The translations under genes were made by a program, and so were the position numbers. From Azolla caroliniana (taxonomy: Eukaryota; Plantae; Polypodiophyta), in assembly GCA_043228905.1 (NCBI GenBank), contig JBHGNT010000002.1, forward strand, positions 26,412,001 through 26,476,000: a stretch of DNA of 64,000 bases, read 5' to 3'. This document shows positions 1-10,085 of the stretch, one piece after another (the first letter of the stretch is position 1; every line of letters starts with the position of its first letter). The notes beneath the pieces were generated by a model. It had not been told where the DNA came from and did no database searches. It saw only the letters and a program-made list of their open reading frames with translations.

Positions 1-3000
1 CTTCAGGATGGCTAAAAAGCCATTCCATTGCCATCTCGACACTGTTTGTCACCACTCTTCTTAGAGCCTCTTCAGCTCGCTCTCTAGAAAAACCCATCTC
101 AACAATCATCAAAATTGATGATTCATCTGGTGGAGGAGCCAATACATTGGAACCAGCAGTCCTCTGGGGATTCACATCATTCACTCCTGTGTATATGTGC
201 GTTATAATTGAAGCAACAGAAGTTATGTAATTCACATTACACTTGGGAAATGAAGGGTGGTTCCATACAGGAAGGATGAATTCCAATACTTGTGACTGTA
301 ATCTCTGTACAAAAGTCTCAGGTGCCACAGGAATAGCAACAAGAGCCCCAGGAATTTGCTGGGCAAGCATCTGAGCCATTGGCTGCGGAGACAGGAACAA
401 TGTAGGTATTACAAGGTGTTCCATGAGCTTAGCAAAGCTTTGCAAAGTTTCAAACAGACATGATTTTCTTTTGGACAGAGATTTTATGTCATTGACCTCT
501 GACTTATTCATTCCATCCTCCATCGCCACATCAGATTCTTGTGTGACCATCCAAAACATATTGCTAACATTCTGGAATGCTTGCAGCAGTTGGCCAAGAG
601 TACCATATGCATAGAAATTATTAATCAACAGTGTGTTGCAACTATGTCTCCGACTGTCAAAAAGTATTAATTGGATATCATCAACAAGGCGGCGAAAGTA
701 GAGACATCTGGCCATCTCCAATTGTGGAGAGCCAAGCCCACCATCAAACCCCATGTTTTCACGGAAAATCTTTGCAATAGCTGCAGAAACTTCCTTAGCA
801 GCAGAGCCAGGAGCTGCCACATCATCACGTCGACGAGACGGTACCACCATTGCCTTTCCCAATGCAACATACAAACCACGTGCAGCATTTGTAAGCCGTG
901 TCATTACTTCATAGTCTATAGAGTCAGGAGATTTCTGATTCAAACATTCAAGAGATTGTGTCACTTCAGCATTGGAAGCAGCTTCCACATCAAGTTGAGA
1001 AGGTTGGCTTGGAGCATGGCGTGCAAGCCGACGCATCCGCTGAGAAAACAAATCAGCTACAGCACCTTGCTCTCTTCTTGTACGACGATGAAATCCATCC
1101 CCAGACGAAATTATAGGAAAAAATTCTGGTTCCATATCCCAGTGAGAGCCAGACCCATTTCTTATAGATACTGGATTCACATACTGCACAGGAGGAATCG
1201 TAGAATCTTCATCGCCCTCTTTGTTAACGGAACCATGTGTAACATTAACACCTGTCTCGTCCTTCTTTAATTCAGCTTTTGCATCATCATACATAGATAT
1301 TTGCCACAGAACTTCCCGATACACCTTTCCAAGGTCATATAGCACATCAATTCCACCAGCACTTAGTTCAGTCATCGTGGTATTAGTGCTCCTTACCAAC
1401 ACAGAAGACAGAGATAGATACAACTCTGTTGAAGAAAGACAGCGCACAAGTTTTTTCCTATCTGAAATACCCATATCAGAAAGCTTTGCTCCACCTAACA
1501 CATTTAATGCTTCTATGGTAGATGCAAGACTTTTTCTTAAGGCATTGCAAACAGCTCTAGACAGAGGGATCGCATGAGATGGTGAGAAGGCCCTAAAAGG
1601 TGAAGACATGCTGTGTGCCACTGAGGATCCACCAAACGACACTGGCAAATTAGGTAATGAGAAAAGATTTAATATAGCTTCCACTCCTTTCTTTTCAACA
1701 AAGATTCTGCTTGTTTCGGCATTTTGCAAAAGATTTTCAAGCAACCTTGCAGCATTGTGAATATATTCAAGAAGGAAGGACTCCGTAGTTTCAATCTCAG
1801 AAGGTGTTGCTTCAGATTGCTGACCAACTTCAAAAGTAGCTATTTCCGACTGTTGCCCAACCACTTCTGAATCTGCCTCCATTGGCACAGAAGCATCACC
1901 ATCACTCTCATTTTGTGATTGCTTTGAGTCAGTATCAACAAAACCTCCGATTATAGCAATTTCTCTTAATATCTCTATGCAAGCATCAACTCCATCCCCA
2001 CGTAAGCTTGGTGCATGGCGCATCAATTCATCCAATCCAGCAGCTAAAAAGGTAGGTGTTTCGTTTGCCAACGCTCGAAGATACAATTTTGAAGTGAAGA
2101 TCTTTACGAAACAATGCAGCGCATTCCTGTCCTTGACAGCTTGTAAGCCCGCATTATTTAAGCATAAAGCATCAAGACTATGGGGAATGCAACTAACTGC
2201 CTCAGATGATGGCAGCACCTCATTAATTGATTCTAAAAATGCTGCTGGGAGACCTGCAGAATCAAGGGTTTGGAAGCATGTTGGATCCTTATGTATTAAA
2301 TCACTCATCAGAGATGCTGCTAATGAGAAAACCCCACCACCAAAATCTTTGGCATGCCTGAAAATTGTGCACATACATGATGCCAAGACATTCTCTTCAG
2401 AGCCATGGATCCTTGTTGCATTTCCTGGTGCATATGTTCCCAAAGAAATAGCTCGAAGCAAAACTTTCAGAAGTAACCTTGACTGGAATGAAATAACAGA
2501 CTCTGTCTGTAGATCTACATCATGCTTCTCATCCATATGCTCAACTGGAAGCTTGCCTTTCTCCAAACAAGGTAAGTTTTCCCTGACCTTATGCATATAA
2601 TCTCCCACACGATTTATCTCGACCTCAAGTCTCGTGATGGCATCATCCAGGCCACCCAAATCCCTAAACAATATAGTTGCCGGATTGCTGTAATCCATAA
2701 ATGCTTCTAAAATATGCACACCGGATGCAACTAAGTGAGTGTGAGAGGGGTTTGTATCTTTAAGAAATGGAATCAGCGTAGGTATAAGACCTGATTCTCT
2801 TAAAGCTGCACATCCTGCTGATGTAGATACCAATACCGTAATTAGGAAGAGTAGAGCCTCTACAAAGGATAGTGAACAGTTATGCTTTGTGCCATTCAAA
2901 TATCCTACAGATTTTTGTACAAGTATGGGTAGAATTCCTCGGTTACCACCTGCACTGATAGCAGTAAGAACACTCGCTTGCCGAGGCCGATCTTGAGCTT

Positions 3001-3658
3001 GTGCTGCTAATGCAAGAAGTGCTAGCATTCGAATATCTTCAGTCGCTGTATCCTCACAATGCAATAGCATGACTAGTTCATTCACAAACTCTGGTTCGTT
3101 GTTGAAGAAAGCAGATAGATCTTCTGCATCAGGATTTGATTGCAGCAGAATAATAAATGCCAAAAGCCGAATGCAAAGATATTGTCGGCGAGTGTGTAAA
3201 TGGGTAAAGGATTTTGCAAAACGGAGCCTTGTAAAGAGCGAGAACCTGAGATTGCAGGGAACTTTGTATTCATTGATCAGCTCTTGCAATAGGTCAAGAT
3301 CACTTTTGCATTCATTCTGCAAGTCCTTATGAATCATCTTTAAACCTGTTAACCTGTTATCTACCCCTTCAGATTCAAGATCTTGCGTATCTAGATAGAA
3401 CTCAAAATGAAGATTCGAGCCCAGTCTTAAAGCATTCTCATCACACCCAGTCTCCATTGCACATGCTACTAACCCAAGTCCTTCTTCTTTACTACCCCAG
3501 CCTTGAGCAAGGGAAAATAAACGTAAGTTTAATGTCTGATCTCCATGCCATCGGACAGGCCGATTTGACTGTATAGATTTCTTCACGAATGCAGCTAGAG
3601 TTTGCAAGGACGCTATAACAACCTCAGTGTCTGTTGATGCAAGGAGGGAGGATAAATG
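1..3658 (-). CDS. UPL1: UPL1/UPL2-like large coding exon 4 (DUF908/DUF913 region through UBA domain), continues beyond the window
   Basis: CAG acceptor 3661-3659. Reads HLSSLLASTDTEVVIASLQTLAAF...LFSLAQGWGSKEEGLGL...EAFMDYSNPATILFRDLGGLDD..., and in the same frame ends at FSRERAEEALRRVVTNSVEMAMEWLFSHPE (UBA) at the window edge. Not in the ORF track because no stop lies inside the window. Confidence 0.93.
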
Positions 3659-3763
3659 CTGTCCAAGAGAAAAGGTAACTTTAAAATATTTCATCCACAA
3701 AAGAAAAATATATTTCAGCATAAAAAGTGAGAATCTGAGATATTCTCGAGTCTAGAAGCTCAC

Positions 3764-3967
3764 CTCATAAGAGCTGTAACAATGTTTATTTATGCAATTG
3801 TCTAAGATGATACGAGTTACTCTGAGAATCTGTAAGATGGCATCCTTTGGAAGAGGACAACCTTCGTCATATTCTCCATCCAGCTGAAGATCCTTTCTTG
3901 GCCTCACATGCTTTTCAAAATATGCATCAAAATGATTCATGAGTTCAACCCAATGATAGAAATCCCC
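3764..3967 (-). CDS. UPL1: UPL1/UPL2-like coding exon 3 (GDFYHWVELMNHFD...NKHCYSSYE)
   Basis: CAG acceptor 3970-3968, GT donor 3763-3762, 204 nt. Matches GDFHHWVDLFN...ENCTNKHFYSSYE of UPL1 (DUF908 start). Confidence 0.92.
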
Positions 3968-4023
3968 CTGCAAACAGCACAAACATCAATACCAAGAAAA
4001 TTTTGAAGAAATGATAAATTAAT

Positions 4024-4220
4024 CAGGAAACTCCAGAAAGAAAATTTGTCTTTGTTCAAATGCCCATAAATTTTTGCCATTTCCCAATGTCCTCTGTCAA
4101 CCTCCAAGAGAGGCATATGATTGCTCTTTTGAGCTTGACCAAGGGGATTTGGGGAAATAGTGAAAAAAAAGGGCATTTGGGGAAATAAAGAGAAACTCAG
4201 GGTATTTTGGGCTTTTCCCC
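4024..4220. mobile_element. Mutator-type MITE in UPL1 intron 2
   Basis: 9-bp direct repeat TAAATTAAT at 4015-4023 and 4221-4229, long degenerate terminal inverted repeats (CAAATGCCC...ATTTCCC vs GGGAAAT...GGGCATTTG). Removing it leaves an ~84-bp intron. Confidence 0.65.
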
Positions 4221-4257
4221 TAAATTAATTCAGTGTCTAACACTCTCAATAGAGTAC

Positions 4258-4353
4258 CTTGTCATATTCCCAACTGAATCTAGCTAGGGGAGTTTCTATG
4301 CACTCGAATGGGATGCTGATCACGCTGTTAATGAATGCCTGAACCCTTGGATG
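4258..4353 (-). CDS. UPL1: UPL1/UPL2-like coding exon 2 (HPRVQAFINSVISIPFECIETPLARFSWEYDK)
   Basis: CAG acceptor 4356-4354, GT donor 4257-4256, 96 nt. Matches the UPL1 N-terminal SFINSV...FRWEFDK segment. Confidence 0.9.
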
Positions 4354-6049
4354 CTGCCATAAATACAATCCAATTTCTTCCTTGTGAGATAATATTCTAT
4401 ATACAAAACTCACTTCAATCAAGATAACTGACGTTAAAGGGAGAAAAGTATTTATTATAGAAGACATCTCCTTTTTCATGCAGAGATGAAATTATTCTTC
4501 ACCAATTTGATGTTTTGAATCTACTGATGACAGTATCTATCATCTGCTCCTCATCATATGATACTGGTGATACATTATGGGTGCTTCAATATATGATACG
4601 AGCAATGTGTCAAGCACATATCAACATAAATCCACCAACCATTAACAAACATTCCACACATGCATTCATCTATAGATTTATATGAGCATCCAAGACACAT
4701 ATATGAGCACATACAAGACTTCATATATGCACATAACATCCAAAATTTCTCATCCAATTGTACATCCTACAATTATATCATACATAAATACTCATGTAAC
4801 GTTGTGGCCCAAAAGGTGCCATGTGAAGCATATTAATAAATCAGCATGAGCATTGTAGATGTTGTGATATGGAGGCCTGTGGCTACTAAAGGCATATGTG
4901 TTTCAAAAGTCACTCATTCTTTTTGGTAGGGGTATTGGGGACCAGTAGATACAAACCTGCCAGTCACCAACTACCTTTTTGATGGTGGATTTCTCCTGAA
5001 ACGACGGCTATCAAGTGTAAATTTTTTTGTTTGGTTGGTAACGACGGAAATAGAGTGCAAGATTACTATTGCTTGCCTGTCTGAGTCATTGGATAGTAAG
5101 CACATCAACAAGTTCAGAGTGCTCAGCACCATGGGATTGAGAATTCCCAAAACAGGCATCTAATGTGAACGAGTTCAACATGGTGATCATCATGGATTGA
5201 ATATTCTCAAAACTAGCTGACATGTCATAACACCATAGATGACCAATGCATCAATTGTGATCCAAATTTCCAGATTTCTGATCAGAAACTGTCAACACGG
5301 CCAGATATGTTACAACACATAGAAAGCCACGTCATCTATTGTGGACAAGTTTGGAGTGCTAATCGCCATAAAATAGGAGAACAGATACAGCATGGATAAC
5401 AAAACAGATATGGAATATCCCAATGATAAGTTAACACAGAATCAAACATAAGTCACCTGAAAATAACATAAACGGAAGCAAGGCATCTGCCAGAAAGAGG
5501 CTTTTGAATGTATCAGTACGTGATCAGAAAGGTAAGGGTATCAATCTTAAAAAAATACAGAGTGCTGACCAAACACATGGATTACTACATCTTCAAAATA
5601 ATTGAAATCTTGTAGCATTGTAGAAGGAAGGGTGCAATGGAATCTATCACACAGCATCTTCAATTACAAAAAAGACAGAAAAGAGACCTCCAAAATAGAA
5701 ATAATCAAGGGAAGTCGTAACCACTCATTGTGAGCAAGTTCAGAGTTTGCAAAAATTCACAAAACAAACGGATGGGTTATAACATTGCAGAGGCAAGTTA
5801 AAACCAAATCTAGCAGAGGCCACTTCCATTTTATAGAATAAACGTAAAAACCATAGATTCATGCCAGAAAACAGACTCTCAGAGTACCAGGGATCAGAAA
5901 ATAAAGCACTTTCAGTATGTTGATGACCATGGATTACAAACTGACCTTTATTCGCAAGCATATATGCTAAAACAAACCAAAACTGAAGCAAACTACATGC
6001 CGAGAAATAGGCTTTTCAACATATATCCGCACAGCAGTTATCAGAGAAG

Positions 6050-6050
6050 G

Positions 6051-6082
<32 letters not shown>

Positions 6083-6091
6083 GAGAGAGAG
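6050..6091. repeat. (GA)n microsatellite at the 5' end of UPL1 intron 1
   Basis: Direct reading of the GA run next to the exon 1 donor. Confidence 0.95.
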
Positions 6092-6098
6092 CCAGTAC

Positions 6099-6131
6099 CG
6101 CTTCGAGTCCTCGTCTTTTCTTGGCTTTCAT
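6099..6131 (-). CDS. UPL1: HECT E3 ubiquitin ligase UPL1/UPL2-like, coding exon 1 (MKAKKRRGLEA)
   Basis: ATG at 6131-6129, 11 codons, then GT donor at 6098-6097. The peptide resembles the basic N-terminus of plant UPL1/2 (MKLRRRRASEV-like) and splices in phase 0 to exon 2. Confidence 0.8.
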
Positions 6132-6754
6132 GATGGTGAGGATCTACCTCCGATGTGATGAATTTTCAATCAGCAAACAGGAAGTTTAAGGAGAAAAACA
6201 TCTGCACTCGCCTAAACGTAATGCAGATCAAAGAATAAGTACGATAAAAGATCGTTCAGTGTGGAAAGTCAAAAGGTTTCTGATCAGTGGTCTTGCTTTT
6301 TGAGTTTTGGATAGATGCAAAGCAAGAAACAAGAGCTAACAGATATGGCGATGTAGACGGCGATGCCGGTGAGGAAGAGGGAGGCAGTTCTTTCTGTTCT
6401 TGCTTCTTCTTACCTTCTGTTCTGTCTTTCTTCTGGTTGCAGACCTAAAGCAAAGAAAGCCTTGCAGCTATGGCGTTTCTGAGAAAACGAAGCATCTAGT
6501 TTTATTAATAATAAAACACAGGGACAAAAAACTAAGGGAAGAAAGAACTGCCTTATTATTTTTATTTTTATTTTTATTTTTTATTTTTAAATTTTTTTTT
6601 AAATTTTAAATTTTTATTATGTATTTACATTCATACTTACTTACTTGAAGGTTTTCCTCTTTCCTTCCTTTTCCTTCTCCTTTTCCTTCTTATTGATGAT
6701 TTTTCTTGTGGTGGTGTTGTGGTGGTGTTTCTTTTCTTTTCAACTAACAAGAAG

Positions 6755-6811
6755 ATATATATATATATATATGTATGTATGTATGTATATGTATATACAT
6801 ATGTACATATG
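6755..6811. repeat. (TA)n/(TATG)n compound microsatellite
   Basis: Direct reading. Confidence 0.9.
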
Positions 6812-6936
6812 TCCAAGTCCAAGCCTTCAATTGTGACTCCCGTCTCTTCGTGCGCACGCCTTACTTGACCCTGGCCCCATGCTCTGCTCATCTCGTCCAC
6901 GCAACTTTTCACCCCCTCACCCTCCTGCTTACACTC

Positions 6937-7210
6937 ATGACTTGCCTCTTCCTAGTAAGTTCTCCATTCTTTCTATTGTTACCTCAATATCCCAGCTCCC
7001 TCATAACTTTACCCCCAATAACCATGGTGACTTGTCTCTTCTTGGTAAGTTCGCTCTCCCTCCTTTAGCGACTTGTCCTTTCCTCGTAAGTTCACTCTCT
7101 TTACATCAATAATTCGTCCCTTCCTCGTAGTTCGCCTTGTTTAACCTCATCAGTTGTCCCTTCCTCGTGTATTGTTTTCCCTAGTTGCTCTTGTGACTTG
7201 TCTCTTCTTC
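6937..7210. repeat. Degenerate short repeats (GACTTGTC[CT]YTTCCTCGTAAGTTC-like, about 6 copies) upstream of UPL1
   Basis: Motif recurs near 6938, 7029, 7069, 7114, 7154 and 7194. Possibly subterminal repeats of an old DNA transposon. Confidence 0.55.
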
Positions 7211-9567
7211 TTTATGTTCCCTTTATGTTCCTCCTCAAATGTTGCTATAATTTTGTCCCTTCGTCACAAATAGTTTTCTTTGGATTACTTTACCACCTTC
7301 TCTTGTTTGTCATAAGTTTACCATTGTACAAAAGTTGTGATCAAATATCAGATACCATGTGCCCTCATCACAAAATGGTAGGTATGTTTTGCATGCAATT
7401 GTAAAGCCATCTCATGCACTAAGATCATCATTGTGGACTCTTATGAACCCTAAAGCATTTTACTTTGTTCAAATACAAAGAAGTTGAAATCGCCCATAAT
7501 TGCTATCATGATTTGTCTCATAGGCTGATTTTAGCCTCTAATAGATGTTGAACATATTTCTTTCTATAATACTATTGGTTTATTCAAGCAAGGATGCCCA
7601 CTTTTACTATCTATTTGGTCCATGCATTGGTGAATTAGCACATATGGTTATCAAGCAAAAACCATTGAAGAAATATCATCTTTAATGTACTCATCATGCT
7701 TTCGTTGTATGTGAGATGATGTGTTGTTTTTTGCATATACTCTAGGAACATTTTACATACATGCTAAATTGAGTGAAAATTGTTCTAAAACGAAGATTAT
7801 GCTTGTGAAGAGCCAAAGGATAAACTATGCATTATATACAAGTATGAACTACGCGAAACTTTGGAAAGCCTTAAATACTTTGGCCTTAAAATTCCTTCAC
7901 ATCATAGATGGAATGAATGTGCTATCTACCACTTAGAAACAAGAAAGAAAGCATTTTGTGCATATGAGAACACAAGCAATGGTGGAGAAATTAATGGTTT
8001 GGTCCTTAATAAACACCTTTTCCACACATTGGTGCCATTGGTGCTTCCCTATAGGGCGGTCACGTCCCTATGTTCATTTGGAATGAGTTTGAAAATGTCC
8101 AAAAGCATTTATTACAAAGTTTCTCCAAGTTGAGAAACAAATTTCACACATCCTACTTCTTGAGGTGATATCACTTCCCATTGAGATCATTGTTATGTCA
8201 AGGGTTGTTGAATGCATTGCTTGAGATTAAAAAAAGTTCCTTTCATCAACTTCCTACAATTGCATGGGAAACAAACAAATGATCTAAACAATGCATAAAG
8301 GCAAAATTTTGTGTTTCAAATTTATGGAGTTTATGAAAAATGGGTTGAAAGTTGAGATGCAACACACTTGCTTCATGATATATCAATAGATTCTTGTGTG
8401 AATGAGGCATTTTTGCGACGCCAATGTATCGCGATATGGGAAAATGCAGAGGCTCACATTTCACAGATTATGCTACATTGTTGTACCTAACTACAAAACC
8501 ATATTGTTCATTGAATGGGGATTTTGCAGACATCAATACACATTAGAGTTGATCCCATCATCAACTATATGAGCTATTGGTTCCATACAACTTAGTTCAC
8601 ATGCACTTCATTGTGAGATGAAACATAGGAGCAAGTGGTGACAATAGTTGACTATTGTAAAGAATCGGATATGATTCTTGTGAAGTGGAAGAGAAGAGAG
8701 GAGAGGAGAAACACAAGATATATAAGAGACAATATAAAGTACTCGAGAAGAAGGAGGAGATGTATATTAACAAGTAGAATATGAGATACAAAATAGCATT
8801 ACAAGGAGTCACAACCGACTTAATATGGAGTAGGAGGAGGGTGCTTTATATAGAATCAGATCCTCTCTCTTCATTTACTCGTTAAAACGTTCACTCTCTC
8901 ACTAGAGCCTTGAGGAATGTGAAGTCTTACGGTCATGGGGAATGTGGAACCATTAGTTATGTGTCATAGAATATGAATCTATGACACATAGTTTAATGTG
9001 TAGAGAGTGGTGGTGTGACTCTCGACCTTTGAGTAATCATATATTCTCAAAAGTTGTGTTCACACGTTGCTCTATGTTGAGCTTGATTCTCAACACGCCC
9101 CCTCAAGCTCAACTCGGGTCAGCTCCTTTCGGTTTATGTCCGCTTTGGCTGGTATCCGGTTCAGACGATCTCAATTGTCCGTTTCGGCTCGTACCCAGTT
9201 CAATCGGTATCTGATTCTCGCTTGTACTCCCCCTCAAGCTTGGCAAGTCAGGGATTATCAATCCAAGGTCTGACATGAATTGCCGAAGCTTGTCGGCTCC
9301 TAAGGCTTTTGTGAATATGTCGCCCGTTTGATGATTTGTGTTTATGTGTAGAACGTCGACATCTCCGGCCTGAACACGCTCTCGAATAAAGTGATAGTGC
9401 ACTTTGATATGCTTTGTGCGTGTGTGGAACACTGGGTTCCGAGCCAAATAAATACTGCTCATGTTGTCACAGTAAAGGGGAGTCGGATCCTTGATGGGAA
9501 CGCCCAGATCCTTCAAAATCTTCTTAAGCCATACGACTTCACATGCAGCTACGGCTGCGCCTGTCAC

Positions 9568-9643
9568 AAAATGTGAATATCAAGGTTTGAACTTGTGACC
9601 TTCAAACAATGGTCTTACACTTCAACCATTGCACCAACTCATT
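9568..9643 (-). promoter_or_regulatory. tRNA-gene-like Pol III cassette, antisense within U3 of the element B LTR (copy also at about 14075-14135)
   Basis: Minus strand: A box TGGTGCAATGG (9636-9626), variable-loop AGGTC (9601-9597), T-arm CAAG-TTCAAAC-CTTG (9595-9581), then TTTT (9571-9568). Confidence 0.65.
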
Positions 9644-9960
9644 TTCATATTATTATTATTCAAGAACTGTAGAGCACTAGACACATTAAATGACCGCCAA
9701 ATGGCATGCACCTTGTACGCCAAGTGGCGCACAACATGTATGCCAAATGGCGATCATGCACATTCTGATGTATAGTATATAAGTCGAAGATCTGTTTAGT
9801 GTTGAACCATTCCGGTTCAACACCAGTCTTCAACAACCTTGTAATCTCGGTTTCCGGTAATAGAAATTCTTGTATTTTTGTCTTGTAAACGTCTTCTCGT
9901 TTGTTATTATCTTCTTTTCTTCCAAATCGACCTTGTTTTCGAAGCTTGGGTCACGACAGT

Positions 9961-9972
9961 TTGAACCGGAAT
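9961..9972 (+). promoter_or_regulatory. Self-priming primer-binding site of element B
   Basis: TTGAACCGGAAT is the exact reverse complement of ATTCCGGTTCAA at 9809-9820, which lies about 33 nt downstream of TATATAA (9776). No TGG tRNA-type PBS is present. Confidence 0.8.
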
Positions 9973-10085
9973 CCCACATTATTTTTTCTCGAGTATTTAG
10001 TGAAGTTTTTCCGTCACAATGGAGACCGTCAGTAAACAAGAGTATATGCGTATTCTCTCAGAACTTGACCTCCTAACAACAAAAT

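Noticed and set aside
423-3332. Plus-strand ORFs of 63-207 aa in the ORF track
   Set aside because: Antisense shadows of the large UPL1 exon, with no recognisable motifs.
7200-8655. Possible decayed DNA-transposon coding sequence (Cys-rich, SWIM-like hint across the A insertion site)
   Set aside because: No motif could be confirmed by eye. It needs a translated HMM search.
9568-9643. Functional tRNA genes at the tRNA-like modules (also 28731-28916, 38213-38398, 55735-55807)
   Set aside because: D-stems, anticodon arms and acceptor stems do not fold properly, so they are treated as promoter-like relics only.
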